A stretch of DNA of 64,000 bases, from IMG/VR virus record IMGVR_UViG_3300018080_000107, one strand, 5' to 3'. This document shows positions 20,665-30,813 of the stretch, one piece after another. The position numbers and the translations under genes were made by a program. Position 1 is the first letter of the stretch; every line of letters starts with the position of its first letter. Under the pieces are notes generated by a model, which did not search any database, was not told where the DNA came from, and saw nothing but the letters and a program-made list of their open reading frames with translations. This DNA is from a virus.

Positions 20665-23283
20665 CTACACTGAACAAGCACCCCATCCACACGATGGGCA
20701 AGTTTTACACTTTTCTGTTATGGCCAATTCGCTACCACACTCTGGGCAAATCAATTTCTTCTTAGATGCCGTCGCTTCTATTGTGGTATCGTCTTCAATA
20801 AACGTATAAAAATCTTCAACAGCAGACTTAGGTATATAAACACGCTCATCTGTTATCTTAACTTCAATCTCTGTCTTTTCCGAGAACACCTCCATAAACT
20901 TTTTCAACACACCAATATTTCTACTGTTGGACTTAAACTTGATACCACCGTGTTTAGTTTGAATACCACCAACAAGATATAAATGTCTTACAAAATACGG
21001 AGTAACAAACTCCCGCAATTCTCGCTTAGTGGAAATATCAATAACGGAATCATAATCAATTGGAGTATCATACAAATCTTTCAAAAAGTGTGTGTCAAAG
21101 TAATAATAAGTCTTATCCGTCACAATGCTCTCGATGGGGCCACATACAATCCCATGATCTAAAAATTGCTTGCGAACATCATGAGCATAGACCAAATGAT
21201 CGGCAACCTGTCGATATGATGATTGATGGTCAACAGTAGTAAGCTTAGAGTGGCCAACTAATATATTGGCCATTATGATTTCTGTTAATGAACGTGTAAG
21301 CTTTTGCATACTCGCCTGGCGTGCTGTTTCATGCTCTTCTTTGCGAATACCATATCGCTTAAGTTTAGCGAATACCTTTTGTTCTGACACACCAAGAAGA
21401 TCGGCAATCTCTTTTGCTGTTAGTCCCTCTCGACAATATTTCTGGAATAGGAAGTCACGAAGTTCCTCGTGATATTTATCATCTTTTGACCCAACACTTA
21501 GCACACCAGCCTTACTACCTTCACGAAATATAGTGGTGCCCTTACACTTAAGTCTGTGTGCCAATTTGTATGCTCCAGCAACATGATGTACGGTCGCATC
21601 TGGTGGCATATTGATTGTTTTTGAAATACCAGAATCCACATTCTCTTGTGCTGCTGCTTGCATCTTGATATGATCTTCAACCGAAATATCAGCCGCACAC
21701 TTAAACAACCTCCTAATGTCTGCTGGAATTTCTTCTATCTTTTGAATAGACCCAACCTTCTCAAGCTTCTTAATGATTGCATTGATGTCAAGACCTGCAG
21801 CTTCAATACAAGCCTTAAACTTTGGATTCAATTCAATATAGATGTCACCATCATATGTGCGCCTTCGATAGAATACATTGAAATATGGCTCAATGGAATG
21901 ACTTGCCCCAGCTACCATAGCAACACTACCTGTTGGCTGCAATGTTGTATGCCAAAGGTTGCGAATTTTGATTCCCTTCTTTTCCCAAACTGAACCTTTC
22001 CAATTTTCAGGTAGTCCACGTTCTTTCGCCAACTCTATGGACTCCATAATAGCATATTCCTTTACTGATTCTCCGATGTGGCGCAAAAGATCACGTGCCT
22101 CTTCAGAATCATATGGAATGCCCAAATCAATTAGGATGTCGGCAAAACCCATTAGGCCAATGCCAACTCCACGTGTCTTCTTGACACACTCTTCAATCTG
22201 CTTCAGTGGATATGAACTTACATCAATTGCATTTTCTGCAATCCTCACTGCTGTACGCACCATATCCTCAAGTAGAGAATGAAGAAACTCACCACCTTTA
22301 AAACACTTATTAAGATTTACAGCAACCAAATTGCACGCATGATATGGGTGCATATACAATTCACCACACGGATTGGAAGCTTCTATCCTGCCAAGGTGTG
22401 GCATAGTGTTGCCTTCATTTACAGTATCAATAAAACAAACACCCGGATCTCCACTCTTCCAAGCATATTCACACACCATATTAAAAAGTCGCCTCGCCTT
22501 AACGGTTTTTACAACCTTGCCATTTTGGCGCGACACTAAGTTCCAATCAGAATTTTCCTCAACCGCCTTCATAAACCTGTCTGTCAATTTGACAGATAGA
22601 TTAAATTTGGTTAATCTTTGAAGTTTTTCCATCTCCATCTCGGCAAACTTCTTGAGAGTCTTATCTGTAGAACTTAGTACAATCCTCATTAGTCGATTAA
22701 TCTCTTGCAGATTCTGCGACTTTACAGTAATAAATTCTTCGATGTCTGGATGATCCATATCCATAAACGCAATCGACGCTGCACGCCTAACACCACCTTG
22801 CGTCACAACGTTTGAGGAGGCGTCAAACACCTCCAAAAAGGATAGTGGCCCAGAGGACTTACCCTTAGACGTTTTGACGATAGAGCCCTTCTCACGCAGC
22901 ACAGAGATATCAATACCAATACCTCCACCAGCTTGATAGACCCTGGCACAATTACCCATAGTATCATATATACCATCTATAGAATCTGCAAGTGGTAAAA
23001 CGAAACATGAAAAAAGCCCACCAGGAGTATCGACTGATGGATCACGAGAATTAAACAAATATGGCGATGCTGGCATAACATTAAGATTCAGTAGGTGCTC
23101 CAATACCCTATTATACCAATATTCTCTTGCTTCTGGAGTTCTTTCGGCATAAGTGACACATTTCGCCACTCTTTCAAACATTTGTCTTGGTGTTTCTACT
23201 ACTTTTCCCTCATTATTTTTCAACAGATAGCGCGATTCAACTAGACGCCTGCTGTTCTCGGTCAAATAAGGCCGACGATCCAT
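20665..23283 (-). CDS. nrdJ: Class II (B12-dependent) ribonucleotide reductase with internal HTH + LAGLIDADG-like insert and C-terminal Zn ribbon
   Basis: FSCFV, QGGVRRAA, SNPCGE, ACNL, QPTGS, SKTINM, KGTTIFR motifs; C-terminal CPECG...CPSCGWGAC. Confidence 0.9.
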   Translation of the reverse strand: MDRRPYLTENSRRLVESRYLLKNNEGKVVETPRQMFERVAKCVTYAERTPEAREYWYNRVLEHLLNLNVMPASPYLFNSRDPSVDTPGGLFSCFVLPLADSIDGIYDTMGNCARVYQAGGGIGIDISVLREKGSIVKTSKGKSSGPLSFLEVFDASSNVVTQGGVRRAASIAFMDMDHPDIEEFITVKSQNLQEINRLMRIVLSSTDKTLKKFAEMEMEKLQRLTKFNLSVKLTDRFMKAVEENSDWNLVSRQNGKVVKTVKARRLFNMVCEYAWKSGDPGVCFIDTVNEGNTMPHLGRIEASNPCGELYMHPYHACNLVAVNLNKCFKGGEFLHSLLEDMVRTAVRIAENAIDVSSYPLKQIEECVKKTRGVGIGLMGFADILIDLGIPYDSEEARDLLRHIGESVKEYAIMESIELAKERGLPENWKGSVWEKKGIKIRNLWHTTLQPTGSVAMVAGASHSIEPYFNVFYRRRTYDGDIYIELNPKFKACIEAAGLDINAIIKKLEKVGSIQKIEEIPADIRRLFKCAADISVEDHIKMQAAAQENVDSGISKTINMPPDATVHHVAGAYKLAHRLKCKGTTIFREGSKAGVLSVGSKDDKYHEELRDFLFQKYCREGLTAKEIADLLGVSEQKVFAKLKRYGIRKEEHETARQASMQKLTRSLTEIIMANILVGHSKLTTVDHQSSYRQVADHLVYAHDVRKQFLDHGIVCGPIESIVTDKTYYYFDTHFLKDLYDTPIDYDSVIDISTKRELREFVTPYFVRHLYLVGGIQTKHGGIKFKSNSRNIGVLKKFMEVFSEKTEIEVKITDERVYIPKSAVEDFYTFIEDDTTIEATASKKKLICPECGSELAITEKCKTCPSCGWGACSV

Positions 23284-23405
23284 AATATCTCCCAACGCTC
23301 TTTATATTTGAAGTCGAATTGACATAAATGCCTACCACGAATATACTTATACAAAAAAACCACCATTAAAAGCATAATGGTAGCATATGTAATAGTATTA
23401 TACGT

Positions 23406-24428
23406 CTATAGGTCTTTTGTTCCGACTGAAACTGTATATCTAAGTGGAGTATACTCCGCAACAAACAAATCGGTTGCCACGCTGACATCTTTTATCATTT
23501 GCAACTGGATATCCTTCTCTTGAGGACTCATACAGGCAAAATCATAATTAACACAACGATGTTTCATCTCTCTAGTTTGTGTGAACTTATAATGGTCGTC
23601 CAACCTCCTGTGATTCATCGAATTTCCTAAATCTTGCGCATCACGCATGTTGTCAGAAATAATATCAAAACACCCGTGCCGAATTTCACATCCATAACTA
23701 TTCCGCCCGTTAATAAGCGCCGCCTTCATTGTTGTGCCAGCACCAAGAAACGGATCAAGTACCAAATCGCCTTGCATTGAAAACATATTAATCAATCTAT
23801 GTGGAATTTCAAGTGGAAAGGCGGCAGTTCGTATTCCCTTTTTATTCTGTCTAACACCTGTGACATCCCACAAATCAGAAAACCACTTATTACGCTCTTC
23901 CCAAAAATACGCACTACGTCTACGTATCTTCTTTTCTCTTTCAGAATGCTTCCTTGGATTACCCTTTCTAAAGATTAGGATGTGTTCATGTTCAAGCGTC
24001 ATATATGCGCCACAAGGCAACATCCCAGATCCCATAAATTTTGTAGGTGAGTTTGTAGGCTTTCTCCAAATAACTCCTGGCAACAATGTCATACCCATAG
24101 AAGTCAAATACTCTATAATCTTAGAGTGATTGGGATATAGTGCAAAATGTCCCTCAAGCGTCCTTACTGCATCTCCTATATTGATGCACATAAAGCCACC
24201 TTTTCTAAGAACATGGACGCACTGATGTAAAACATTGCGCAATTGCATATGTTGATGATTATACACGCCCCAAGGATCGTGCTTAAAGTCGCCACCCAGC
24301 ATTTCATCCCACATCTTGACCATAGGATATGGAGGCGATGTTACAATCAAATCCACTGTACCAGAAGCATGACTACTCAATACATCCCTTGCATCTTCCC
24401 TGTATACTCTATGTGATGTCCAAAGCAT
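23406..24428 (-). CDS. Beta-class N4-cytosine/N6-adenine DNA methyltransferase
   Basis: TSPPY precedes VLDPFLGAGTT. Confidence 0.9.
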   Translation of the reverse strand: MLWTSHRVYREDARDVLSSHASGTVDLIVTSPPYPMVKMWDEMLGGDFKHDPWGVYNHQHMQLRNVLHQCVHVLRKGGFMCINIGDAVRTLEGHFALYPNHSKIIEYLTSMGMTLLPGVIWRKPTNSPTKFMGSGMLPCGAYMTLEHEHILIFRKGNPRKHSEREKKIRRRSAYFWEERNKWFSDLWDVTGVRQNKKGIRTAAFPLEIPHRLINMFSMQGDLVLDPFLGAGTTMKAALINGRNSYGCEIRHGCFDIISDNMRDAQDLGNSMNHRRLDDHYKFTQTREMKHRCVNYDFACMSPQEKDIQLQMIKDVSVATDLFVAEYTPLRYTVSVGTKDL

Positions 24429-25423
24429 TATCTAATCGACCTTTTTGAAACTCTATTTAGCCAAAATTTACACATCCTATCAACCATACCCTGAAATGAC
24501 ACTTCTCTTTCCCAACCAAGTATTGACAAAGCCTTAGTCGAATTACCAAGAAGATAATTTACATCCGATGGGCGAACAAATTGTTGATCAATAACAACGT
24601 GCTTTTCATAATCAAGTCCAAAAAATCCAAACGCCCGATCACACAAATCTCTAATAGAATGTGCCTCACCAGTAGACAGCACAAAATCATCCGGCTTATC
24701 ATGCTGTAACATTAAGTGCATCCCACGTACATAATCTGGCGCATAACCCCAATCACGCCTTGCCTCAAGATTGCCGAGAGCCAATTCATGCCGCATCCCC
24801 AAATAAACCTCAACGGCACCTCTGCATATTTTCGCAGTTACAAACTCTTCTCCACGCAACTCACTTTCATGATTAAAAAGAAGTCCCACACTTCCAAAAA
24901 TCCCATATGCTTCTCTGTAATTCTGCACCACATGATGTGCAAATGTTTTAGCACACCCATATGGCGACCTTGGATGGAATGGAGTCCGCTCGTCCATTGG
25001 TTTGCCAGCAGGCCATTCATCATATCCAAACTGTTCTGAAGATCCGGCTTGGTACACCTTTGTCTCTGGGCTATGAACACGAATGGCTTCTACAAGATTA
25101 AGTACACCCATTCCAGTCACATCACATGTAGCAATCGGACTGTTGAATGACTCTCCAACAAAACTTTGCGCTCCAAGATTATAACATTCATCTGGATGAT
25201 ACTTAGACATTAGCGTACCAAGTGAAGCATGATCTATTAAATCGCCGCTTACCAAATGAAAATTTGGATTGCCGATAGCCCCAACATGTCTTAGTCGCCA
25301 CAACTTGTCTGTAGCACCACGCCGAATCATTCCATATACTTCATAACCCAATTCAAGCAAATGCTTAGAAAGCCATGCTCCATCTTGCCCATTGCAGCCA
25401 GTTATCAATGCTGTTTTAGACAT
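24428..25423 (-). CDS. gmd: GDP-mannose 4,6-dehydratase
   Basis: ALITGCNGQDG, YNLGAQSFV, PRSPYGCAK, LFNHES, RDWGYA. Confidence 0.95.
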   Translation of the reverse strand: MSKTALITGCNGQDGAWLSKHLLELGYEVYGMIRRGATDKLWRLRHVGAIGNPNFHLVSGDLIDHASLGTLMSKYHPDECYNLGAQSFVGESFNSPIATCDVTGMGVLNLVEAIRVHSPETKVYQAGSSEQFGYDEWPAGKPMDERTPFHPRSPYGCAKTFAHHVVQNYREAYGIFGSVGLLFNHESELRGEEFVTAKICRGAVEVYLGMRHELALGNLEARRDWGYAPDYVRGMHLMLQHDKPDDFVLSTGEAHSIRDLCDRAFGFFGLDYEKHVVIDQQFVRPSDVNYLLGNSTKALSILGWEREVSFQGMVDRMCKFWLNRVSKRSIR

Positions 25424-26415
25424 TATTGCAACCTTTCTCTTTTGTAATCCCACTCACCCTTATATACCAGCCTCTGAACACACAAATAATCATCATCATC
25501 AATAAATATATTGCCTTCTTTAACTCCACATTTTCTACACGTATGTTTATCAGGCATGGCAATAACATCCCAAGGTATTTGCCATTTTTTGCCATCTTCA
25601 AAAGAAAACTTTTGCCTATTGATTTGCAGACTATTTACTTTTTCTGTTGTAATAGATCCTACAAATGCTGTTTTGCCAGCATTGGAATCAACAATAAAAA
25701 ACGCAGCCTCATCTATATATTTTAATTCTTCCTTACTAAGTATTAATGAACATTTAAATGAAGGAATTGAAACACCTTTTTTACCAGCCTCCAATTTATC
25801 CATTCCACTACGCCATCTAGCAACATAATCTTCATGCGGAGGGCGTCTATCGAAAGTACACCGGACAGCCACCTTTCTACCATCTGGATGTATAAAATCA
25901 ACCAACCCATCACCTCTTCCCAATAATACATATGAATTTGGATAAATTCCAAACATTTGGCAATGTGCCAATTCTGCCATCAAGCTCTTAACACGCTTAA
26001 TAAATTCCTTGCTATCAACACCACGCTCTTTATTGTTATTTGCTTTTCTGTTTATCAACTCCAAAGCAAAACTCTCCATTTTTTCTTTCCAATATGCTGG
26101 AGTAGATTCCCACTGTAATTCATTATTAGAACGTGGCATATGTCCCTTTATAAAATGAACATCATCAGAACCCATAGCAGTATATGAGCCATAAACATGA
26201 ATGCACTTCGGCCTACATTTAACCAGTTCCAACATTGAATAAATACAATTATTTTCTGTGCTAAAATTTTCTATATATCTATATTGTACCCAACCACTTA
26301 TTCCATATTTAAGCAACAAAGCCTTATAAACCTCTGAACTATATGGAAATACAAATGATCTAATAACAACATCTTCAACAGGCGTAGGAACTAAAATAGT
26401 TTGCGAATTATTCAT
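25423..26415 (-). CDS. Hypothetical protein, possible degenerate PD-(D/E)XK-like domain
   Basis: 330 aa AT-rich ORF; AELA...GDGLVDF..GRKVAVR. Confidence 0.5.
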   Translation of the reverse strand: MNNSQTILVPTPVEDVVIRSFVFPYSSEVYKALLLKYGISGWVQYRYIENFSTENNCIYSMLELVKCRPKCIHVYGSYTAMGSDDVHFIKGHMPRSNNELQWESTPAYWKEKMESFALELINRKANNNKERGVDSKEFIKRVKSLMAELAHCQMFGIYPNSYVLLGRGDGLVDFIHPDGRKVAVRCTFDRRPPHEDYVARWRSGMDKLEAGKKGVSIPSFKCSLILSKEELKYIDEAAFFIVDSNAGKTAFVGSITTEKVNSLQINRQKFSFEDGKKWQIPWDVIAMPDKHTCRKCGVKEGNIFIDDDDYLCVQRLVYKGEWDYKRERLQ

Positions 26416-26890
26416 TTTCTATGCTTTCTTCAAAACGCTCTGCCGCCATTACTGCCAATTTATCAACCCTTTCATTCCCAGGTTGGCCATTGTGACCTCG
26501 CACCCATTGAAATTTTGGATTCACACGATTCAATAAATTATTGATTTTCTCCCACAAATCTCGATTTTTAACTTCCTTATCTTGTGAGTTAATAAATCCT
26601 CGCTTAATCCAACCATGAATCCACTTTGTACAACCATTTACACAATACTGTGAATCACTAATAATGGTAATGTCTTCAGCCAGTAGATTGGAAGTCCATA
26701 AAAACTTCATGGCCTCTATAATAGCTGTTATCTCCATGCGATTAGACGTTGTGTCCTTCTCTGCTCCATACCGCCAAAATTCTAACGGAGCAGAATTGTG
26801 ATGATACGTTACCCGACAATAAAACGCCCACCCACCAACCTTACTCGTATGGACCTTTGCGGAGCCATCAGTGTAAATTTCTACCTTCAT
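26408..26890 (-). CDS. rnhA: Ribonuclease HI
   Basis: YTDGS, TSNRME, SDSQY, KNRDLW, WVRGH, NERVD. Confidence 0.95.
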   Translation of the reverse strand: MKVEIYTDGSAKVHTSKVGGWAFYCRVTYHHNSAPLEFWRYGAEKDTTSNRMEITAIIEAMKFLWTSNLLAEDITIISDSQYCVNGCTKWIHGWIKRGFINSQDKEVKNRDLWEKINNLLNRVNPKFQWVRGHNGQPGNERVDKLAVMAAERFEESIENE

Positions 26891-27143
26891 GCTGTTTAAG
26901 CTCTCTTCCTAACATTAAAGTACATTTTCTCCAAGAATACATACGAAACAACTCTTTTGGAATAAGCGGGATATCTCGTTTTATCTTCCAACCCTCACGC
27001 TTAATCCATGAGCAAAATGAAAAGCTGGCGAAAAAACGAAACAACTTAAACTCAGCACCAAAATACCAGCCCTTTTGCCGACTCCGCTTCCTTTTCTGGA
27101 TAGAACATCCGATTCTAAACCAATTACCGATTGTGAGTTTCAT
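26868..27143 (-). CDS. Hypothetical basic protein
   Basis: MKLTIGNWF...; overlaps neighbours. Confidence 0.4.
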   Translation of the reverse strand: MKLTIGNWFRIGCSIQKRKRSRQKGWYFGAEFKLFRFFASFSFCSWIKREGWKIKRDIPLIPKELFRMYSWRKCTLMLGRELKQHEGRNLH

Positions 27144-27351
27144 GCCGATGCACCTTTCCCCACTTGATATAGCGAGTCCATAACTGCTCATGTCCAAAAA
27201 ACATAAAAAAACGAATGCCATAAAATAGAAATGTCATCTTACTTACTTCTGCTTGATTTTTAACAGTTAGCATTCCCACTATCAACATAGTCATTATGCC
27301 AGTAAGTTCCCAAATAACAGCTTTTGCAAACGAACGCCTAGGTGTATCCAT
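27124..27351 (-). CDS. Small membrane protein, DUF2061-like
   Basis: RSFAKAVIW...FFGHEQLW..IKWG pattern. Confidence 0.65.
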   Translation of the reverse strand: MDTPRRSFAKAVIWELTGIMTMLIVGMLTVKNQAEVSKMTFLFYGIRFFMFFGHEQLWTRYIKWGKVHRHETHNR

Positions 27352-27362
27352 AACACCCTCCT

Positions 27363-28310
27363 TTACAGATGCTTCCTTAGAATATCGACAATCATCTTCG
27401 CTGTTCCTGCAAAGACGTGCTTCTTTTCCTTCTTCTCAAGTTCCTGTAATTGGTCGCCGAAATCCTTCTCGAAGTCCTGTTGAGCATCCTTCATTACAAA
27501 TCCAATATAACGACCGATACTCTTTGGATCATCTATTTCACCCTCTTTTGAAAACACATTCTGAACCCTATTCTCAGTAATGTATGATATAAACTCAGCC
27601 CTAAGCCGCTCTACTTGCTCAAAATAAACCACCGCTTCCTTTGGCTTACCCGTCTGCTTTTTCTCAGAAAACTTCGCATTCTTCTTCTTAAGATAAAAAG
27701 TCTTCCCATCCCAATGGCGAAACACCTTCTTGAACGGCTTAATAACAATGCCTTCACAAATATTGTCTTCATTTGAACTAAGCAAAGAATCAAACTCTAT
27801 ATTGAAAGCCAAAGCCTTCTCTAATCCATCCACAACTGTAATAATTGGTACAAGATAACTCAAAAGTCCATGATGTGCCATTATGTCAATCAAGGTTGAC
27901 TGAGGCATAAGTTCGCTGTCAATTCTAATATCAAAGATAAGAAAGCGTTTACGCTTCCCGTAGTCAATGCCCTTTTGAATCCCCGGCCCAAAGAACTCGC
28001 CATGCAGTGTGATTGTGCTGTTCTGGCTCTCAGCATATTCTTTCATCTTGCTAACAAGCTCTGTAAGCTCTGCATCTACATAGTCCCAAATGCCAAAGTG
28101 CTTATCGTCTCGTGAACCAAGTCTTCGATTTCGAGAACAAATGTGCATATCCCCATTAGGCTCAAATACAAACATTGTATGAGTGCCGTGAATTTTCTCT
28201 GTGATTATAAACTGGATGTTCTGAAGCTCTGGGAACTCCATCAACATTCGATCTATAAATTTCTCCCTATAGGAGTTTTCTATACTAACGTACTTCGTAA
28301 ATTCCATCAT
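27363..28310 (-). CDS. RNA ligase, Rnl2 family
   Basis: FTKYVSIEN, TEKIHG, GEFFG, FDI, EGIVIK, KKKN..FSE; GGAGG SD. Confidence 0.9.
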   Translation of the reverse strand: MMEFTKYVSIENSYREKFIDRMLMEFPELQNIQFIITEKIHGTHTMFVFEPNGDMHICSRNRRLGSRDDKHFGIWDYVDAELTELVSKMKEYAESQNSTITLHGEFFGPGIQKGIDYGKRKRFLIFDIRIDSELMPQSTLIDIMAHHGLLSYLVPIITVVDGLEKALAFNIEFDSLLSSNEDNICEGIVIKPFKKVFRHWDGKTFYLKKKNAKFSEKKQTGKPKEAVVYFEQVERLRAEFISYITENRVQNVFSKEGEIDDPKSIGRYIGFVMKDAQQDFEKDFGDQLQELEKKEKKHVFAGTAKMIVDILRKHL

Positions 28311-28455
28311 CTTCCTCCAAGAACCAATCGAGTTCTTCTTCCGCTTCAAGCTCCTCAATACGAAGCTTGTCACGCTTCTTGCGCTTCTTACCAGCATTAA
28401 CTTCCTGATCCGCTAACCGACGATTACGACTCTTGCCGCGCTTATCAACAGACAC
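28285..28455 (-). CDS. Hypothetical 56-aa protein, basic N-half and acidic C-half
   Basis: GTG start; VSVDKRGKSR...EEELDWFLEEDDG. Confidence 0.5.
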   Translation of the reverse strand: MSVDKRGKSRNRRLADQEVNAGKKRKKRDKLRIEELEAEEELDWFLEEDDGIYEVR

Positions 28456-28497
28456 CTTACTTTCTCCTATAAAACACTTTCAAAAAAACAATCCTCT

Positions 28498-28532
28498 ACT
28501 ATAATAGACGTTAAATTCGCACAAAAATTACC
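28498..28532 (-). promoter_or_regulatory. Putative ECF-like promoter GGTAA-N17-CGTCTATTATA
   Basis: One of six copies of a bipartite intergenic motif. Confidence 0.6.
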
Positions 28533-28536
28533 ATAT

Positions 28537-29622
28537 TTATTGAATAATTTCTTCAATAGTGCGCTTTTCTACAGCCTTCCAAACAACTTCTTCTATTGGC
28601 TTGCCCCTCATTCGAGCGAACAAAATACTTCTGACTTCCTCACTGGCATTCTCTGCAAATAATAGCGCACATGCCTTATAGTTTTCTGGATCTTCTACCA
28701 GTCTCCATACAGCCTCAACCTCATCAAGCACTTCGCTCTTTATGCCATTGATTGCTGCAAACAAATCATCAAACTGTTCGAGCATATGAACCGGCAAACT
28801 ATCCAGCAAATCATCATAATCTGTATGCGAACGCATAAACTCTATAATGCGCTTCGGTCTAATAAAGCCCATAAATCTATGCAAACGCACATAGCGCAAA
28901 GACTTAAGCTTTGTCCTGGTTCCATCTGCAAGCTGAATAACATAGCCCTCAGCATCATCATCTATATGATCTCCAGACAGAACTTCATCTGGATCAAAAT
29001 CAAACATAACAGGACGACCAAAACCACAATGACTCGCCACAGCATCCAAAACCTCATCTGAACACTCTCTTAAGTCCCACTCATTCCACATCATAGCAAG
29101 CAAAACAAGCTTCTCTTCCTTGTAATGCACAACCTTCCTATCCCAATCCACACCGATCATCTCAAACAAATAAGTTTGGTTCGGACTTAACTCTTGATAT
29201 TGTGGATACTTAGATTCCAAAAGACCCATTGCATGTTCAGAATGCTTAGAGTTGATAGCGCCAGTTGTAGAAGTGTGCCATCTACCGTCATAATACCACA
29301 AAGCTATCATAGATCCATCAAGCTTATCATAGACTTTAAACTTGCGCATCTTCATACGATGTAAGATTGCCTTGCGCTTAGTGCCTGGCATTTCATCAAT
29401 ATTGAAGAATTTATCAAAAGGACGACAAACTATTGCCCCAGTTCTGTTATCAAGAATAATACCACGGGCTTTTTTCGCCGTTTTTGACCATCGTTTCTTG
29501 AATGCGCAATCTTGAGTGTATTTGAAAAGAGATAAATGGCCTTCCTGCCGCTCTGTCACCAATCCGTTCTCTTCTGCCTGCCTAAGTCTATGTAGATGGT
29601 CCAATAATTCCATCTTGTCCAT
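28537..29622 (-). CDS. RNA ligase, T4 Rnl1 family
   Basis: ARGIILD, RPFDKFFN, DKLDGS, YLFE, EGYV, KLKS motifs. Confidence 0.9.
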   Translation of the reverse strand: MDKMELLDHLHRLRQAEENGLVTERQEGHLSLFKYTQDCAFKKRWSKTAKKARGIILDNRTGAIVCRPFDKFFNIDEMPGTKRKAILHRMKMRKFKVYDKLDGSMIALWYYDGRWHTSTTGAINSKHSEHAMGLLESKYPQYQELSPNQTYLFEMIGVDWDRKVVHYKEEKLVLLAMMWNEWDLRECSDEVLDAVASHCGFGRPVMFDFDPDEVLSGDHIDDDAEGYVIQLADGTRTKLKSLRYVRLHRFMGFIRPKRIIEFMRSHTDYDDLLDSLPVHMLEQFDDLFAAINGIKSEVLDEVEAVWRLVEDPENYKACALLFAENASEEVRSILFARMRGKPIEEVVWKAVEKRTIEEIIQ

Positions 29623-29625
29623 ATG

Positions 29626-29871
29626 TTAAACCTCATGTATAGTGTTTTCCGTCAAAGTAAATTCTACAATCTCATATGTATCTTCTGGTATGCGCATATT
29701 GGCCGTACACGCCTTCAACATACCACGGATAGCATTTTTTGCAGAACCAAGTGAATAATATAACTTATTGGTCCTTGAACGTTGTGTCCCAGGACGGGCA
29801 CAATCAATCCAATTTCCAGTCTCCTTTAGCCTTATTCTGAAAACTTTCAACTCTCTTAACCCTTTTGTCAA
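29626..29871 (-). CDS. Hypothetical protein
   Basis: ORF in gene-dense run; start uncertain. Confidence 0.5.
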   Translation of the reverse strand: MTKGLRELKVFRIRLKETGNWIDCARPGTQRSRTNKLYYSLGSAKNAIRGMLKACTANMRIPEDTYEIVEFTLTENTIHEV

Positions 29872-30055
29872 GTTGGTCTGTAATTTCCGAAGTTAGAAAC
29901 TCCTCGCCACAATTCGTACACTGTTCCCACGTAACATTATCGACCACCACTATGGCCGGTGTGCAATTATCTGGCGTATTATAAACAAAACTACCATGTA
30001 CCGTATGTAGTGTCAAATCACCACAAATTGGGCACCTATCTGGTTTTTCACTCAC
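29804..30055 (-). CDS. YgiT/MqsA-type zinc finger protein
   Basis: CPICG...VDNV..EQCTNCGEEF; GTG start after GGAG. Confidence 0.65.
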   Translation of the reverse strand: MSEKPDRCPICGDLTLHTVHGSFVYNTPDNCTPAIVVVDNVTWEQCTNCGEEFLTSEITDQLDKRVKRVESFQNKAKGDWKLD

Positions 30056-30212
30056 TCTCCTCATCTTCCTCCTCGTCACAATCCCAACACAAGGGATTTT
30101 TTTCATCCGGCATAGCGAGCATCTTCTGCCCACAATTTGAACACTCCACCTCAACTGCCTCGGCCATCTTCTTTGATAGCGCATCAGCAAACAAATCGTC
30201 AAATCCACCCAT
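30048..30212 (-). CDS. Small Zn-ribbon protein (54 aa)
   Basis: MGGFDDLF...CSNCG...CWDC. Confidence 0.5.
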   Translation of the reverse strand: MGGFDDLFADALSKKMAEAVEVECSNCGQKMLAMPDEKNPLCWDCDEEEDEESE

Positions 30213-30214
30213 AA

Positions 30215-30652
30215 TTACTTCCCTTCAAATTTAGCCTTAAGTCTCTCGTACTCTTTACGCTCTTTTTCTTCTTTATTTTTCTTACGTCTTGCAGCCGACT
30301 TTTTGGCGCTCAACGATTTTTTTAGACGCTTCTGTACCTCTTCTTGGGTTTCATACCGAGAACCCTCTATATTGATATCGACCTCCTCACAATGACAATC
30401 TATATATGTATGAATGTCCACATAGATATCAAAAAATCCCTTGGCTTCTGCCTCTGCCTTGATATCTTGAAGCATCTTAATAACGTCCTCAATTGGACCT
30501 TCTATGTAAATCTCAGATTTAATTCTTTGACGCCTTAACACCTTCGGCTCATTTGGATCTGGCCTCTTTGTTTTAACTGGTTCCATTTTGCTCATATCTG
30601 GCATTCCATTCAACATTCTTTGTACTGCCGCTAAGTGTCTCTTGTCCTTCAT
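30215..30652 (-). CDS. Hypothetical protein
   Basis: Start trimmed to MKDKR because the longer ORF overlaps tRNA-His. Confidence 0.65.
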   Translation of the reverse strand: MKDKRHLAAVQRMLNGMPDMSKMEPVKTKRPDPNEPKVLRRQRIKSEIYIEGPIEDVIKMLQDIKAEAEAKGFFDIYVDIHTYIDCHCEEVDINIEGSRYETQEEVQKRLKKSLSAKKSAARRKKNKEEKERKEYERLKAKFEGK

Positions 30653-30681
30653 AACGCTTCTCCAAAAAAATAGGTGCCCTT

Positions 30682-30756
30682 GGGAGCGAGTGTCGGAAAT
30701 CGAATCCGAGTCACCTGGGCCACAACCAGGAGTTCTAACCACTAAACTACACCCGC
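30682..30756 (-). tRNA. tRNA-His(GTG)
   Basis: Cloverleaf; CCTGG-TTGTGGC-CCAGG; T-loop TTCGATT. Confidence 0.85.
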
Positions 30757-30771
30757 GCCCTAAGACACCCC

Positions 30772-30806
30772 AATATAATAGACGTTTAATTCGCCCATTT
30801 GTTACA
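30772..30806 (-). promoter_or_regulatory. Putative ECF-like promoter TGTAA-N17-CGTCTATTATA
   Basis: Immediately upstream of tRNA-His. Confidence 0.65.
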
Positions 30807-30813
30807 TGAAAAA

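Noticed and set aside
20790-21470. Intein in nrdJ
   Set aside because: No N-terminal C/S block or HN-C/S/T junction is visible, and the insertion is in a linker rather than a conserved motif
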